In this document: positions 47,401 through 61,650 of the stretch, piece after piece | Layout: the number at the start of each line of letters is the position of its first letter | How positions within the stretch are numbered: position 1 is the stretch's first letter | NCBI GenBank assembly: GCA_964016885.1 | Contig: OZ024743.1 | Location: 186,000,001-186,064,000 of the forward strand | Source of the DNA: Eledone cirrhosa | Taxonomy: Eukaryota | Reading direction: 5' to 3' | DNA length: 64,000 nucleotides | Notes under the pieces: model-generated | The model's database searches: none | Told to the model about the DNA's origin: nothing | What the model saw: the letters and a program-made list of their open reading frames with translations, nothing else | Made by a program: the position numbers and the translations under genes

Positions 47401-50400
47401 TACTATCCTACTTAAGTCTTATCCCACTACATTACTATCCTACTTAAGTCTTATCCCACTACATTACTATCCGACAACAGTCTTATCCCACTACATTACT
47501 ATCCTACAACAGTCTTATCCCACTACATTACTATTCTACTTAAGTCTTATCCCACTACATTACTATCCTACAACAGTCTTATCCCACTACATTACTATCC
47601 TACAACAGTCTTATCCCACTACATTACTATTCTACTTAAGTCTTATCCCACTACATTACTATCCTATAGCAGTCTTATCCCACTACATTACTATCCTACA
47701 ACAGTCTTATCCCACTACATTACTATCCTATAACAGTCTTATCCCACTACATTACTATCCTACAACAGTCTTATCCCACTACATTACTATCCTACAACAG
47801 TCTTATCCCACTACGTTACTATTCTACTTAAGTCTTATCCCACTACATTACTATCCTACAACAGTCTTATCCCACTACATTACTATCCTACAACAGTCTT
47901 ATCCCACTACATTACTATCCTACAACAGTCTTATCCCACTACATTACTATTCTACTTAAGTCTTATCCCACTACATTACTATCCTACAACAGTCTTATCC
48001 CACTACATTACTATCCTACAACAGTCTTATCCCACAACATTACTATTCTACTTAAGTCTTATCCCACTACATTACTATCCTACACCAGTCTTATCCCACT
48101 ACATTACTATCCTACAACAGTCTTATCCCACTACATTACTATCCTACAACAGTCTTATCCCACTATATTACTATCCTACAACAGTCTTATCCCACTACAT
48201 TACTATTCTACAACAGTCTTATCCCACTACATTACTATTCTACAACAGTCTTATCCCACTACATTACTATCCTACAACAGTCTTATCCCACTACATTACT
48301 ATCCTACAGCAGTCTTATCCCACTACATTACTATCCTACAACAGTCTTATCCCACTACATTACTATCCTACAACAGTCTTATCCCACTACATTACTATCC
48401 TACAACAGTCTTATCCCACTACATTACTATTCTACTTAAGTCTTATCTCACTACATTACTATTCTACTTAAGTCTTATCCCACTACATTACTATCCTACA
48501 ACAGTCTTATCCCACTACCTTACTATCCTACAATAGTCTTATCCCACTACATTACTATCCTACAACAGTCTTATCCCACTACATTACTATCCTACAACAG
48601 TCTTATCCCACTACATTACTATTCTACTTAAGTCTTTACCCACTACATTACTATCCTACAACAGTCTTATCCCACTACATTACTATCCTACAACAGTCTT
48701 ATCCCACTACATTACTATCCTACAACAGTCTTATCCCACTACATTACTATTCTACTTAAGTCTTATCCCACTACATTACTATCCTACAACAGTCTTATCC
48801 CACTACATTACTATCCTACAACAGTCTTATCCCACTACATTATTATCCTACAACAGTCTTATCCTACAACAGTCTTATCCCACTACATTACTATTCTACT
48901 TAAGTCTTATCCCACTACATTACTATCCTACAACAGTCTTATCCCACTACATTACTATCCTACAACAGTCTTATCCCACTACATTACTATCCTACAACTG
49001 TCTTATCCCACTACATTACTATCCTACAACAGTCTTATTCCACTACATTACTATCCTACAACAGTCTTATCCCACTACATTACTATCCTACAACAGTCTT
49101 ATCCCACTACATTACTATTCTACTTATGTCTTATCCCACTACATTACTATCCTACAACAGTCTTATCCCACTACATTACTATCCCACAACAGTCTTATCC
49201 CACTACATTACTATTCTACTTAAGTCTTATCCCACTACATTATTATCCTACAACAGTCTTATCCCACTACATTACTATCCTACAACAGTCTTATCCCACT
49301 ACATTACTATTCTACTTAAGTCTTATCCCACTACATTACTATCCTACAACAGTCTTATCCCACTACATTACTATCCTACAACAGTCTTATCCCACTACAT
49401 TACTATCCTACAACAGTCTTATCCCACTACATTATTATCCTACAACAGTCTTATCCCACTACATTACTATTCTACTTATGTCTTATCCCACTCCATTACT
49501 ATTCTACGTAAGTCTTATCCCACTACATTACTATCCTACTTAAGTCTTATTCCACTACATTACTATCCTACAACAGTCTTATCCCACTACATTACTATCC
49601 TACTTAAGTCTTATTCCACTACATTACTATCCTACAACAGTCTTATCCCACTACATTACTATCCTACAACAGTCTTATCCCACTACATTACTATCCTACT
49701 TAAGTCTTATTCCACTACATTACTATCCTACAACAGTCTTATCCCACTACATTACTATCCTACAACAGTCTTATCCCACTACATTACTATTCTACTTAAG
49801 TCTTATCCCACTACATTACTGTCCTACAACAGTCTTATCCCACTGCATTACTATTCTACAACAGTCTTATCCCACTACATTACTATCCTACAACAGTCTT
49901 ATCCCACTACATTACTATCCTACTTAAGTCTTATCCCACTACATTACTATCCTACAACAGTCTTATCCCACTACATTACTATTCTACTTAAGTCTTATCC
50001 CACTACATTACTATCCTACAACAGTCTTATCCCACTACATTACTATCCTACAACAGTCTTATCCCACTACATTACTATCCTACAACAGTCTTATCCCACT
50101 ACATTACTATCCTACCACAGTCTTATCCCACTACATTACTATTCTACAACAGTCTTATCCCACTACATTACTATCCTACAACAGTCTTATCCCACTACAT
50201 TACTATTCTACTTAAGTCTTATCCCACTACATTACTATCCTACAACAGTCTTATCCCACTACATTACTATCCTACAACAGTCTTATCCCACAACATTACT
50301 ATTCTACTTAAGTCTTATCCCACTACATTACTATCCTACACCAGTCTTATCCCACTACATTACTATCCTACAACAGTCTTATCCCACTACATTACTATCC

Positions 50401-52450
50401 TACAACAGTCTTATCCCACTATATTACTATCCTACAACAGTCTTATCCCACTACATTACTATTCTACAACAGTCTTATCCCACTACATTACTATTCTACA
50501 ACAGTCTTATCCCACTACATTACTATCCTACAACAGTCTTATCCCACTACATTACTATCCTACAGCAGTCTTATCCCACTACATTACTATCCTACAACAG
50601 TCTTATCCCACTACATTACTATCCTACAACAGTCTTATCCCACTACATTACTATCCTACAACAGTCTTATCCCACTACATTACTATTCTACTTAAGTCTT
50701 ATCTCACTACATTACTATTCTACTTAAGTCTTATCCCACTACATTACTATCCTACAACAGTCTTATCCCACTACCTTACTATCCTACAATAGTCTTATCC
50801 CACTACATTACTATCCTACAACAGTCTTATCCCACTACATTACTATCCTACAACAGTCTTATCCCACTACATTACTATTCTACTTAAGTCTTTACCCACT
50901 ACATTACTATCCTACAACAGTCTTATCCCACTACATTACTATCCTACAACAGTCTTATCCCACTACATTACTATCCTACAACAGTCTTATCCCACTACAT
51001 TACTATTCTACTTAAGTCTTATCCCACTACATTACTATCCTACAACAGTCTTATCCCACTACATTACTATCCTACAACAGTCTTATCCCACTACATTATT
51101 ATCCTACAACAGTCTTATCCTACAACAGTCTTATCCCACTACATTACTATTCTACTTAAGTCTTATCCCACTACATTACTATCCTACAACAGTCTTATCC
51201 CACTACATTACTATCCTACAACAGTCTTATCCCACTACATTACTATCCTACAACTGTCTTATCCCACTACATTACTATCCTACAACAGTCTTATTCCACT
51301 ACATTACTATCCTACAACAGTCTTATCCCACTACATTACTATCCTACAACAGTCTTATCCCACTACATTACTATTCTACTTATGTCTTATCCCACTACAT
51401 TACTATCCTACAACAGTCTTATCCCACTACATTACTATCCCACAACAGTCTTATCCCACTACATTACTATTCTACTTAAGTCTTATCCCACTACATTATT
51501 ATCCTACAACAGTCTTATCCCACTACATTACTATCCTACAACAGTCTTATCCCACTACATTACTATTCTACTTAAGTCTTATCCCACTACATTACTATCC
51601 TACAACAGTCTTATCCCACTACATTACTATCCTACAACAGTCTTATCCCACTACATTACTATCCTACAACAGTCTTATCCCACTACATTATTATCCTACA
51701 ACAGTCTTATCCCACTACATTACTATTCTACTTATGTCTTATCCCACTCCATTACTATTCTACGTAAGTCTTATCCCACTACATTACTATCCTACTTAAG
51801 TCTTATTCCACTACATTACTATCCTACAACAGTCTTATCCCACTACATTACTATCCTACTTAAGTCTTATTCCACTACATTACTATCCTACAACAGTCTT
51901 ATCCCACTACATTACTATCCTACAACAGTCTTATCCCACTACATTACTATCCTACTTAAGTCTTATTCCACTACATTACTATCCTACAACAGTCTTATCC
52001 CACTACATTACTATCCTACAACAGTCTTATCCCACTACATTACTATTCTACTTAAGTCTTATCCCACTACATTACTGTCCTACAACAGTCTTATCCCACT
52101 GCATTACTATTCTACAACAGTCTTATCCCACTACATTACTATCCTACAACAGTCTTATCCCACTACATTACTATCCTACTTAAGTCTTATCCCACTACAT
52201 TACTATCCTACAACAGTCTTATCCCACTACATTACTATTCTACTTAAGTCTTATCCCACTACATTACTATCCTACAACAGTCTTATCCCACTACATTACT
52301 ATCCTACAACAGTCTTATCCCACTACATTACTATCCTACAACAGTCTTATCCCACTACATTACTATCCTACCACAGTCTTATCCCACTACATTACTATTC
52401 TACAACAGTCTTATCCCACTACATTACTATCCTACAACAGTCTTATTCCA
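44450..52450. repeat. Overlapping 2800-bp (87.5 monomer) and 2256-bp (70.5 monomer) tandem duplications, giving three copies of one marker block
   Basis: TATCCCACAAC variant at 45228/48028/50284 and doubled half-monomer at 46044/48844/51100. The repeat-derived ORFs starting at 49126 and 51382 are 2256 apart. Confidence 0.85.
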
Positions 52451-53849
52451 CTACATTACTATTCTACTTAAGTCTTATCCCACTACATTACTATCCTACA
52501 ACAGTCTTATCCCACTACATTACTATCCTACAACAGTCTTATCCCACTACATTACTATCCTACAACAGTCTTATCCCACTACGTTACTATCCTACAACAG
52601 TCTTATCCCACTACATTACTATCCTACTTAAGTCTTATTCCACTACATTACTATCCTAGAACAGTCTTATTCCACTACATTACTATCCTACAACAGTCTT
52701 ATCCCACTACATTACTATCCTACAACAGTCTTATCCCACTACGTTACTATCCTACAACAGTCTTATCCCACTACATTACTATCCTACTTAAGTCTTATCC
52801 CACTACATTACTATCCTACTTAAGTCTTATTCCTCTACATTACTATCCTACAACAGTCTTATCCCACTACCTTACTATCCTACAATAGTCTTATCCCACT
52901 ACATTACTATCCTACAACAGTCTTATCCCACTACATTACTATCCTACAATAGTCTTATCCCACTACATTACTATCCTACAACAGTCTTATCCCACTACAT
53001 TACTATCCTACAACAGTCTTATCCCACTACATTACTATTCTACTTAAGTCTTTACCCACTACATTACTATCCTACAACAGTCTTATTCCACTACATTACT
53101 ATCCTACAATAGTCTTATCCCACTACATTACTATTCTACTTAAGTCTTATTCCACTACATTACTATTCTACTTAAGTCTTATCTCACTACATTACTATTC
53201 TACTTAAGTCTTATCCCACTACATTACTATCCTACAACAGTCTTATCCCACTACCTTACTATCCTACAATAGTCTTATCCCACTACATTACTATCCTACA
53301 ACAGTCTTATCCCACTACATTACTATCCTACAACAGTCTTATCCCACTACATTACTATTCTACTTAAGTCTTTACCCACTACATTACTATCCTACAACAG
53401 TCTTATCCCACTACATTACTATCCTACAACAGTCTTATCCCACTACATTACTATCCTACAACAGTCTTATCCCACTACATTACTATTCTACAACAGTCTT
53501 ATCCCACTACATTACTATCCTACAACAGTCTTATTCCACTACATTACTATTCTACTTAAGTCTTATCCCACTACATTACTATCCTACAACAGTCTTATCC
53601 CACTACATTACTATCCTACAACAGTCTTATCCCACTACATTACTATCCTACAACTGTCTTATCCCACTACATTACTATCCTACAACAGTCTTATCCCACT
53701 ACATTACTATCCTACTTAAGTCTTATTCCACTACATTACTATCCTAGAACAGTCTTATTCCACTACATTACTATCCTAGAACAGTCTTATTCCACTACAT
53801 TACTATCCTACAACAGTCTTATCCCACTACATTACTATCCTACTTAAGT

Positions 53850-56800
53850 CTTATTCCTCTATATTACTATCCTACAACAGTCTTATTCCACTACATTACT
53901 ATCCTACAATAGTCTTATCCCACTACATTACTATTCTACTTAAGTCTTATTCCACTACATTACTATTCTACTTAAGTCTTATCCCACTACATTACTATCC
54001 TACAACAGTCTTATCCCACTACATTACTATTCTACTTAAGTCTTATCCCACTACATTACTATCCTACTTATGTCTTATCCCACTACATTACTATTCTACT
54101 TAAGTCTTATCTCACTACATTACTATCCTACAACAGTCCTATCCCACTACATTACTATTCTGCTTAAGTCTTATCCCACTACATTACTATTCTACTTAAG
54201 TCTTATCCCACTACATTACTATCCTACAACAGTCTTATCCCACTACATTACTATTCTACTTAAGTCTTATCCCACTACATTACTATTCTACTTAAGTCTT
54301 ATCCCACTACTTTACTATCCTACTTAAGTCTTATCCCACTACATTACTATCCTACAACAGTCTTATCCCACTACATTACTATCCTACAACAGTCTTATCC
54401 CACTACATTACTATTCTACTTAAGTCTTATTCCACTACATTACTATCCTACTTAAGTCTTATCCCACTACATTACTATCCTACTTAAGTCTTATCCCACT
54501 ATATTACTATCCTACAACAGTCTTATCCCACTACATTACTATCCTACTTAAGTCTTATCCCACTACATTACTATCCTACTTAAGTCTTATCCCACTACAT
54601 TACTATCCTACAACAGTCTTATCCCACTACATTACTATCCTACAACAGTCTTATCCCACTACATTACTATTCTACTTAAGTCTTATCCTACTACATTACT
54701 ATCCTACTTAAGTCATATCCCACTACATTACTATCCTACTCAAGTCTTATCCCACTACATTACTATTCTACTTAAGTCTTATCCCACTACATTACTATCC
54801 TACTTAAGTCTTATCCCACTACATTACTATCCTACAACAGTCTTATCCCACTACATTACTATCCTACTTAAGTCTTATCCCACTACATTACTATCCTACA
54901 ACAGTCTTATTCCACTACATTACTATCCTACTTAAGTCTTATCCTACTACATTACTATTCTACTTAAGTCTTATCCCACTACATTACTATCCTACAACAG
55001 TCTTATCCCACTACATTACTATCCTACTTAAGTCTTATCCCACTACATTACTATTTTACTTAAGTCTTATCCCACTACATTACTATTCTACTTAAGTCTT
55101 ATTACACTACATTACTATCCTACTTAAGTCTTATCCCACTACATTACTATTCTACTTAAGTCTTATCCGACTACATTACTATTCTACTTAAGTCTTATTC
55201 CACTACATGACTATCCTACTTAAGTCTTATCCCACTACATTACTATTCTACTTAAGTCTTATCCCACTACATTACTATCCTACAACAGTCTTATCCCACT
55301 ACATTACTATTTTACTTAAGTCTTATCCCACTACATTACTATTCTTCTTAAGTCTTATCCCACTACATTACTATCCTACAACAGTCTTATCCCACTACAT
55401 TACCATTCTACTTAAGTCTTATCCCACTACATTACTATCCTACTTAAGTCTTATACCACTACATTACTATCCTACAACAGTCTTATCCCACTACATTACT
55501 ATCCTACAACAGTCTTATCCCACTACATTACTATCCTACAACAGTCTTATCCCACTACATTACTATTCTACTTAAGTCTTATTCCACTACATTACTATCC
55601 TACAACAGTCTTATCCCACTACATTACTATCCTACAACAGTATTATCCCACTACATTACTATCCTACAACAGTCTTATCCCACTACATTACTATTCTACA
55701 ACAGTCTTATTCCACTACATTACTATTCTACTTAAGTCTTATCCCACTACATTACTATCCTACAACAGTCTTATCCCACTACATTACTATCCTACAACAG
55801 TCTTATCCCACTACATTACTATCCTACAACAGTCTTATCCCACTACATTACCATTCTACTTAAGTCTTATCCCACTACATTACTATCCTACTTAAGTCTT
55901 ATACCACTACATTACTATCCTACAACAGTCTTATCCCACTACAATTACTATCCTACAACAGTCTTATCCCACTACATTACTTTCTACTTAAGTCTTATTC
56001 CACTACATTACTATCCTACAACAGTCTTATCCCACTACATTACTATCCTACAACAGTCTTATCCCACTACATTACTATCCTACAACAGTCTTATCCCACT
56101 ACATTACTATTCTACAACAGTCTTATTCCACTACATTACTATTCTACTTAAGTCTTATTCCACTACATTACTATCCTACAACAGTCTTATCCCACTACAT
56201 TACTATCCTACAACAGTCTTATCCCACTACATTACTATCCTACAACAGTCTTATCCCACTACATTACTATTCTACTTAAGTCTTATCCCACTACATTACT
56301 ATTCTACTTAAGTCTTATCCCACTACATTACTATCCCACTACCTAACTATTCTACTTAAGTCTTATCCCACTACATTACTATCCTACAACAGTCTTATCC
56401 CACCACATTACTATTCTACTTAAGTCTTATCCCACTACATTACTATTCTACTTAAGTCTTATCCCACTACATTACTATCCTACAACAGTCTTATCCCACC
56501 ACATTACTATTCTACTTAAGTCTTATCCCACTACATTACTATTCTACTTAAGTCTTATCCCACTACATTACTATCCCACTACATTACTATTCTACTTAAG
56601 TCTTATCCCACTACTTTACTATTCTACTTAAGTCTTATCCCACTACATTACTATCCTACAACAGTCTTATCCCACTACATTACTATTCTACTTAAGTCTT
56701 ATTCCACTACATTACTATTCTACTTAAGTCTTATCCCACTACATTACTATCCTACTTAAGTCTTATCCCACTACATTACTATCCTACAACAGTCTTATCC

Positions 56801-59800
56801 CACTACATTACTATCCTACAACAGTCTTATCCCACTACATTACTATTCTACTTAAGTCTTATTCCACTACATTACTATTCTACTTAAGTCTTATCCCACT
56901 ACATTACTATCCTACTTAAGTCTTATCCCACTACATTACTATTCTACTTAAGTCTTATCCCACTACATTACTATCCTACTTAAGTCTTATCCCACTACAT
57001 TACTATTCTACTTAAGTCTTATCCCACTACATTACTATCCTACAACAGTCTTATCCCACTACATTACTATTCTACTTAAGTCTTATCCCACTACATTAAT
57101 GTCCTACAACAGTCTTATCCCACTGCATTACTATTCTACAACAGTCTTATCCCACTACATTACTATCCTACAACAGTCTTATCCCACTACATTACTATCC
57201 TACTTAAGTCTTATCCCACTACATTACTATCCTACAACAGTCTTATCCCACTACATTACTATTCTACTTAAGTCTTATCCCACTACATTACTATCCTACA
57301 ACAGTCTTATCCCACTACATTACTATTCTACAACAGTCTTATCCCACTACATTACTATCCTACAACAGTCTTATCCCACTACATTACTATCCTACAACAG
57401 TCTTATCCCACTACATTACTATCCTACCACAGTCTTATCCCACTACATTACTATTCTACAACAGTCTTATCCCACTACATTACTATCCTACAACAGTCTT
57501 ATTCCACTACATTACTATTCTACTTAAGTCTTATCCCACTACATTACTATTCTACAACAGTCTTATCCCACTACATTACTATTCTACAACAGTCTTATCC
57601 CACTACATTACTATCCTACAACAGTCTTATCCCACTACATTACTATCCTACAACAGTCTTATCCCACTACATTACTATCCTACCACAGTCTTATCCCACT
57701 ACATTACTATTCTACAACAGTCTTATTCCACTACATTACTATCCTACAACAGTCTTATCCCACTACATTACTATCCTACAACAGTCTTATCCCACTACAT
57801 TACTATCCTACAACAGTCTTATCCCACTACATTACTATCCTACTTAAGTCTTATTCCACTACATTACTATCCTAGAACAGTCTTATTCCACTACATTACT
57901 ATCCTACTTAAGTCTTATCCCACTACATTACTATCCTACTTAAGTCTTATTCCTCTATATTACTATCCTACAACAGTCTTATTCCACTACATTACTATCC
58001 TACAATAGTCTTATCCCACTACATTACTATTCTACTTAAGTCTTATTCCACTACATTACTATTCTACTTAAGTCTTATCCCACTACATTACTATCCTACA
58101 ACAGTCTTATCCCACTACATTACTATTCTACTTAAGTCTTATCCCACTACATTACTATCCTACTTATGTCTTATCCCACTACATTACTATTCTACTTAAG
58201 TCTTATCTCACTACATTACTATCCTACAACAGTCTTATCCCACTACATTACTATTCTACTTAAGTCTTATCCCACTACATTACTATTCTACTTAAGTCTT
58301 ATCCCACTACATTACTATCCTACAACAGTCTTATCCCACTACATTACTATTCTACTTAAGTCTTATCCCACTACATTACTATCCTACTTATGTCTTATCC
58401 CACTACATTACTATTCTACTTAAGTCTTATCTCACTACATTACTATCCTACAACAGTCCTATCCCACTACATTACTATTCTGCTTAAGTCTTATCCCACT
58501 ACATTACTATTCTACTTAAGTCTTATCCCACTACATTACTATCCTACAACAGTCTTATCCCACTACATTACTACTCTACTTAAGTCTTATCCCACTACAT
58601 TACTATTCTACTTAAGTCTTATCCCACTACTTTACTATCCTACTTAAGTCTTATCCCACTACATTACTATCCTACAACAGTCTTATCCCACTACATTACT
58701 ATCCTACAACAGTCTTATCCCACTACATTACTATTCTACTTAAGTCTTATTCCACTACATTACTATCCTACTTAAGTCTTATCCCACTACATTACTATCC
58801 TACTTAAGTCTTATCCCACTATATTACTATCCTACAACAGTCTTATCCCACTACATTACTATCCTACTTAAGTCTTATCCCACTACATTACTATCCTACT
58901 TAAGTCTTATCCCACTACATTACTATCCTACAACAGTCTTATCCCACTACATTACTATCCTACAACAGTCTTATCCCACTACATTACTATTCTACTTAAG
59001 TCTTATCCTACTACATTACTATCCTACTTAAGTCATATCCCACTACATTACTATCCTACTCAAGTCTTATCCCACTACATTACTATTCTACTTAAGTCTT
59101 ATCCCACTACATTACTATCCTACTTAAGTCTTATCCCACTACATTACTATCCTACAACAGTCTTATCCCACTACATTACTATCCTACTTAAGTCTTATCC
59201 CACTACATTACTATCCTACAACAGTCTTATTCCACTACATTACTATCCTACTTAAGTCTTATCCTACTACATTACTATTCTACTTAAGTCTTATCCCACT
59301 ACATTACTATCCTACAACAGTCTTATCCCACTACATTACTATCCTACTTAAGTCTTATCCCACTACATTACTATTTTACTTAAGTCTTATCCCACTACAT
59401 TACTATTCTACTTAAGTCTTATTACACTACATTACTATCCTACTTAAGTCTTATCCCACTACATTACTATTCTACTTAAGTCTTATCCCACTACATTACT
59501 ATTCTACTTAAGTCTTATTCCACTACATGACTATCCTACTTAAGTCTTATCCCACTACATTACTATTCTACTTAAGTCTTATCCCACTACATTACTATCC
59601 TACAACAGTCTTATCCCACTACATTACTATCCTACAACAGTCTTATCCCACTACATTACTATCCTACAACAGTCTTATCCCACTACATTACTATCCTACC
59701 ACAGTCTTATCCCACTACATTACTATTCTACAACAGTCTTATCCCACTACATTACTATCCTACAACAGTCTTATTCCACTACATTACTATTCTACTTAAG

Positions 59801-61650
59801 TCTTATCCCACTACATTACTATCCTACAACAGTCTTATCCCACTACATTACTATCCTACAACAGTCTTATCCCACTACATTACTATCCTACAACAGTCTT
59901 ATCCCACTACGTTACTATCCTACAACAGTCTTATCCCACTACATTACTATCCTACTTAAGTCTTATTCCACTACATTACTATCCTAGAACAGTCTTATTC
60001 CACTACATTACTATCCTACAACAGTCTTATCCCACTACATTACTATCCTACAACAGTCTTATCCCACTACGTTACTATCCTACAACAGTCTTATCCCACT
60101 ATATTACTATCCTACAACAGTCTTATCCCACTACATTACTATCCTACTTAAGTCTTATCCCACTACATTACTATCCTACTTAAGTCTTATCCCACTACAT
60201 TACTATCCTACAACAGTCTTATCCCACTACATTACTATCCTACAACAGTCTTATCCCACTACATTACTATTCTACTTAAGTCTTATCCTACTACATTACT
60301 ATCCTACTTAAGTCATATCCCACTACATTACTATCCTACTCAAGTCTTATCCCACTACATTACTATTCTACTTAAGTCTTATCCCACTACATTACTATCC
60401 TACTTAAGTCTTATCCCACTACATTACTATCCTACAACAGTCTTATCCCACTACATTACTATCCTACTTAAGTCTTATCCCACTACATTACTATCCTACA
60501 ACAGTCTTATTCCACTACATTACTATCCTACTTAAGTCTTATCCTACTACATTACTATTCTACTTAAGTCTTATCCCACTACATTACTATCCTACAACAG
60601 TCTTATCCCACTACATTACTATCCTACTTAAGTCTTATCCCACTACATTACTATTTTACTTAAGTCTTATCCCACTACATTACTATTCTACTTAAGTCTT
60701 ATTACACTACATTACTATCCTACTTAAGTCTTATCCCACTACATTACTATTCTACTTAAGTCTTATCCCACTACATTACTATTCTACTTAAGTCTTATTC
60801 CACTACATGACTATCCTACTTAAGTCTTATCCCACTACATTACTATTCTACTTAAGTCTTATCCCACTACATTACTATCCTACAACAGTCTTATCCCACT
60901 ACATTACTATTTTACTTAAGTCTTATCCCACTACATTACTATTCTTCTTAAGTCTTATCCCACTACATTACTATCCTACAACAGTCTTATCCCACTACAT
61001 TACCATTCTACTTAAGTCTTATCCCACTACATTACTATCCTACTTAAGTCTTATACCACTACATTACTATCCTACAACAGTCTTATCCCACTACATTACT
61101 ATCCTACAACAGTCTTATCCCACTACATTACTATCCTACAACAGTCTTATCCCACTACATTACTATTCTACTTAAGTCTTATTCCACTACATTACTATCC
61201 TACAACAGTCTTATCCCACTACATTACTATCCTACAACAGTATTATCCCACTACATTACTATCCTACAACAGTCTTATCCCACTACATTACTATTCTACA
61301 ACAGTCTTATTCCACTACATTACTATTCTACTTAAGTCTTATCCCACTACATTACTATCCTACAACAGTCTTATCCCACTACATTACTATCCTACAACAG
61401 TCTTATCCCACTACATTACTATCCTACAACAGTCTTATCCCACTACATTACCATTCTACTTAAGTCTTATCCCACTACATTACTATCCTACTTAAGTCTT
61501 ATACCACTACATTACTATCCTACAACAGTCTTATCCCACTACATTACTATCCTACAACAGTCTTATCCCACTACATTACTATTCTACTTAAGTCTTATTC
61601 CACTACATTACTATCCTACAACAGTCTTATCCCACTACATTACTATCCTA
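53850..61650. repeat. Duplicated blocks in the diverged domain, offsets 4320 bp (135 monomers), 1280 bp (40) and 5600 bp (175)
   Basis: AGTCATATCC at 54711/59031/60311, CATGAC variant (ORF starts 55207/59527/60807) and ATACCAC at 55901/61501. Confidence 0.85.

Noticed and set aside
55941-55990. Compensating +A (about 55943) and -A (about 55982) indels
   Set aside because: They are absent from the homologous copy 5600 bp downstream and most likely a local sequencing or consensus error.
19407-61175. Ten + strand ORFs (72-533 aa) encoding YPTTLLSYNSLIPLHYYPTTVLSHYITILQQS-type repeats
   Set aside because: They are translations of three 32-bp monomers per 32 aa. Each ATG is a sporadic point variant, the same DNA is read in all three frames in turn, there is no unique N- or C-terminal sequence, and no codon-position bias in variation is evident.
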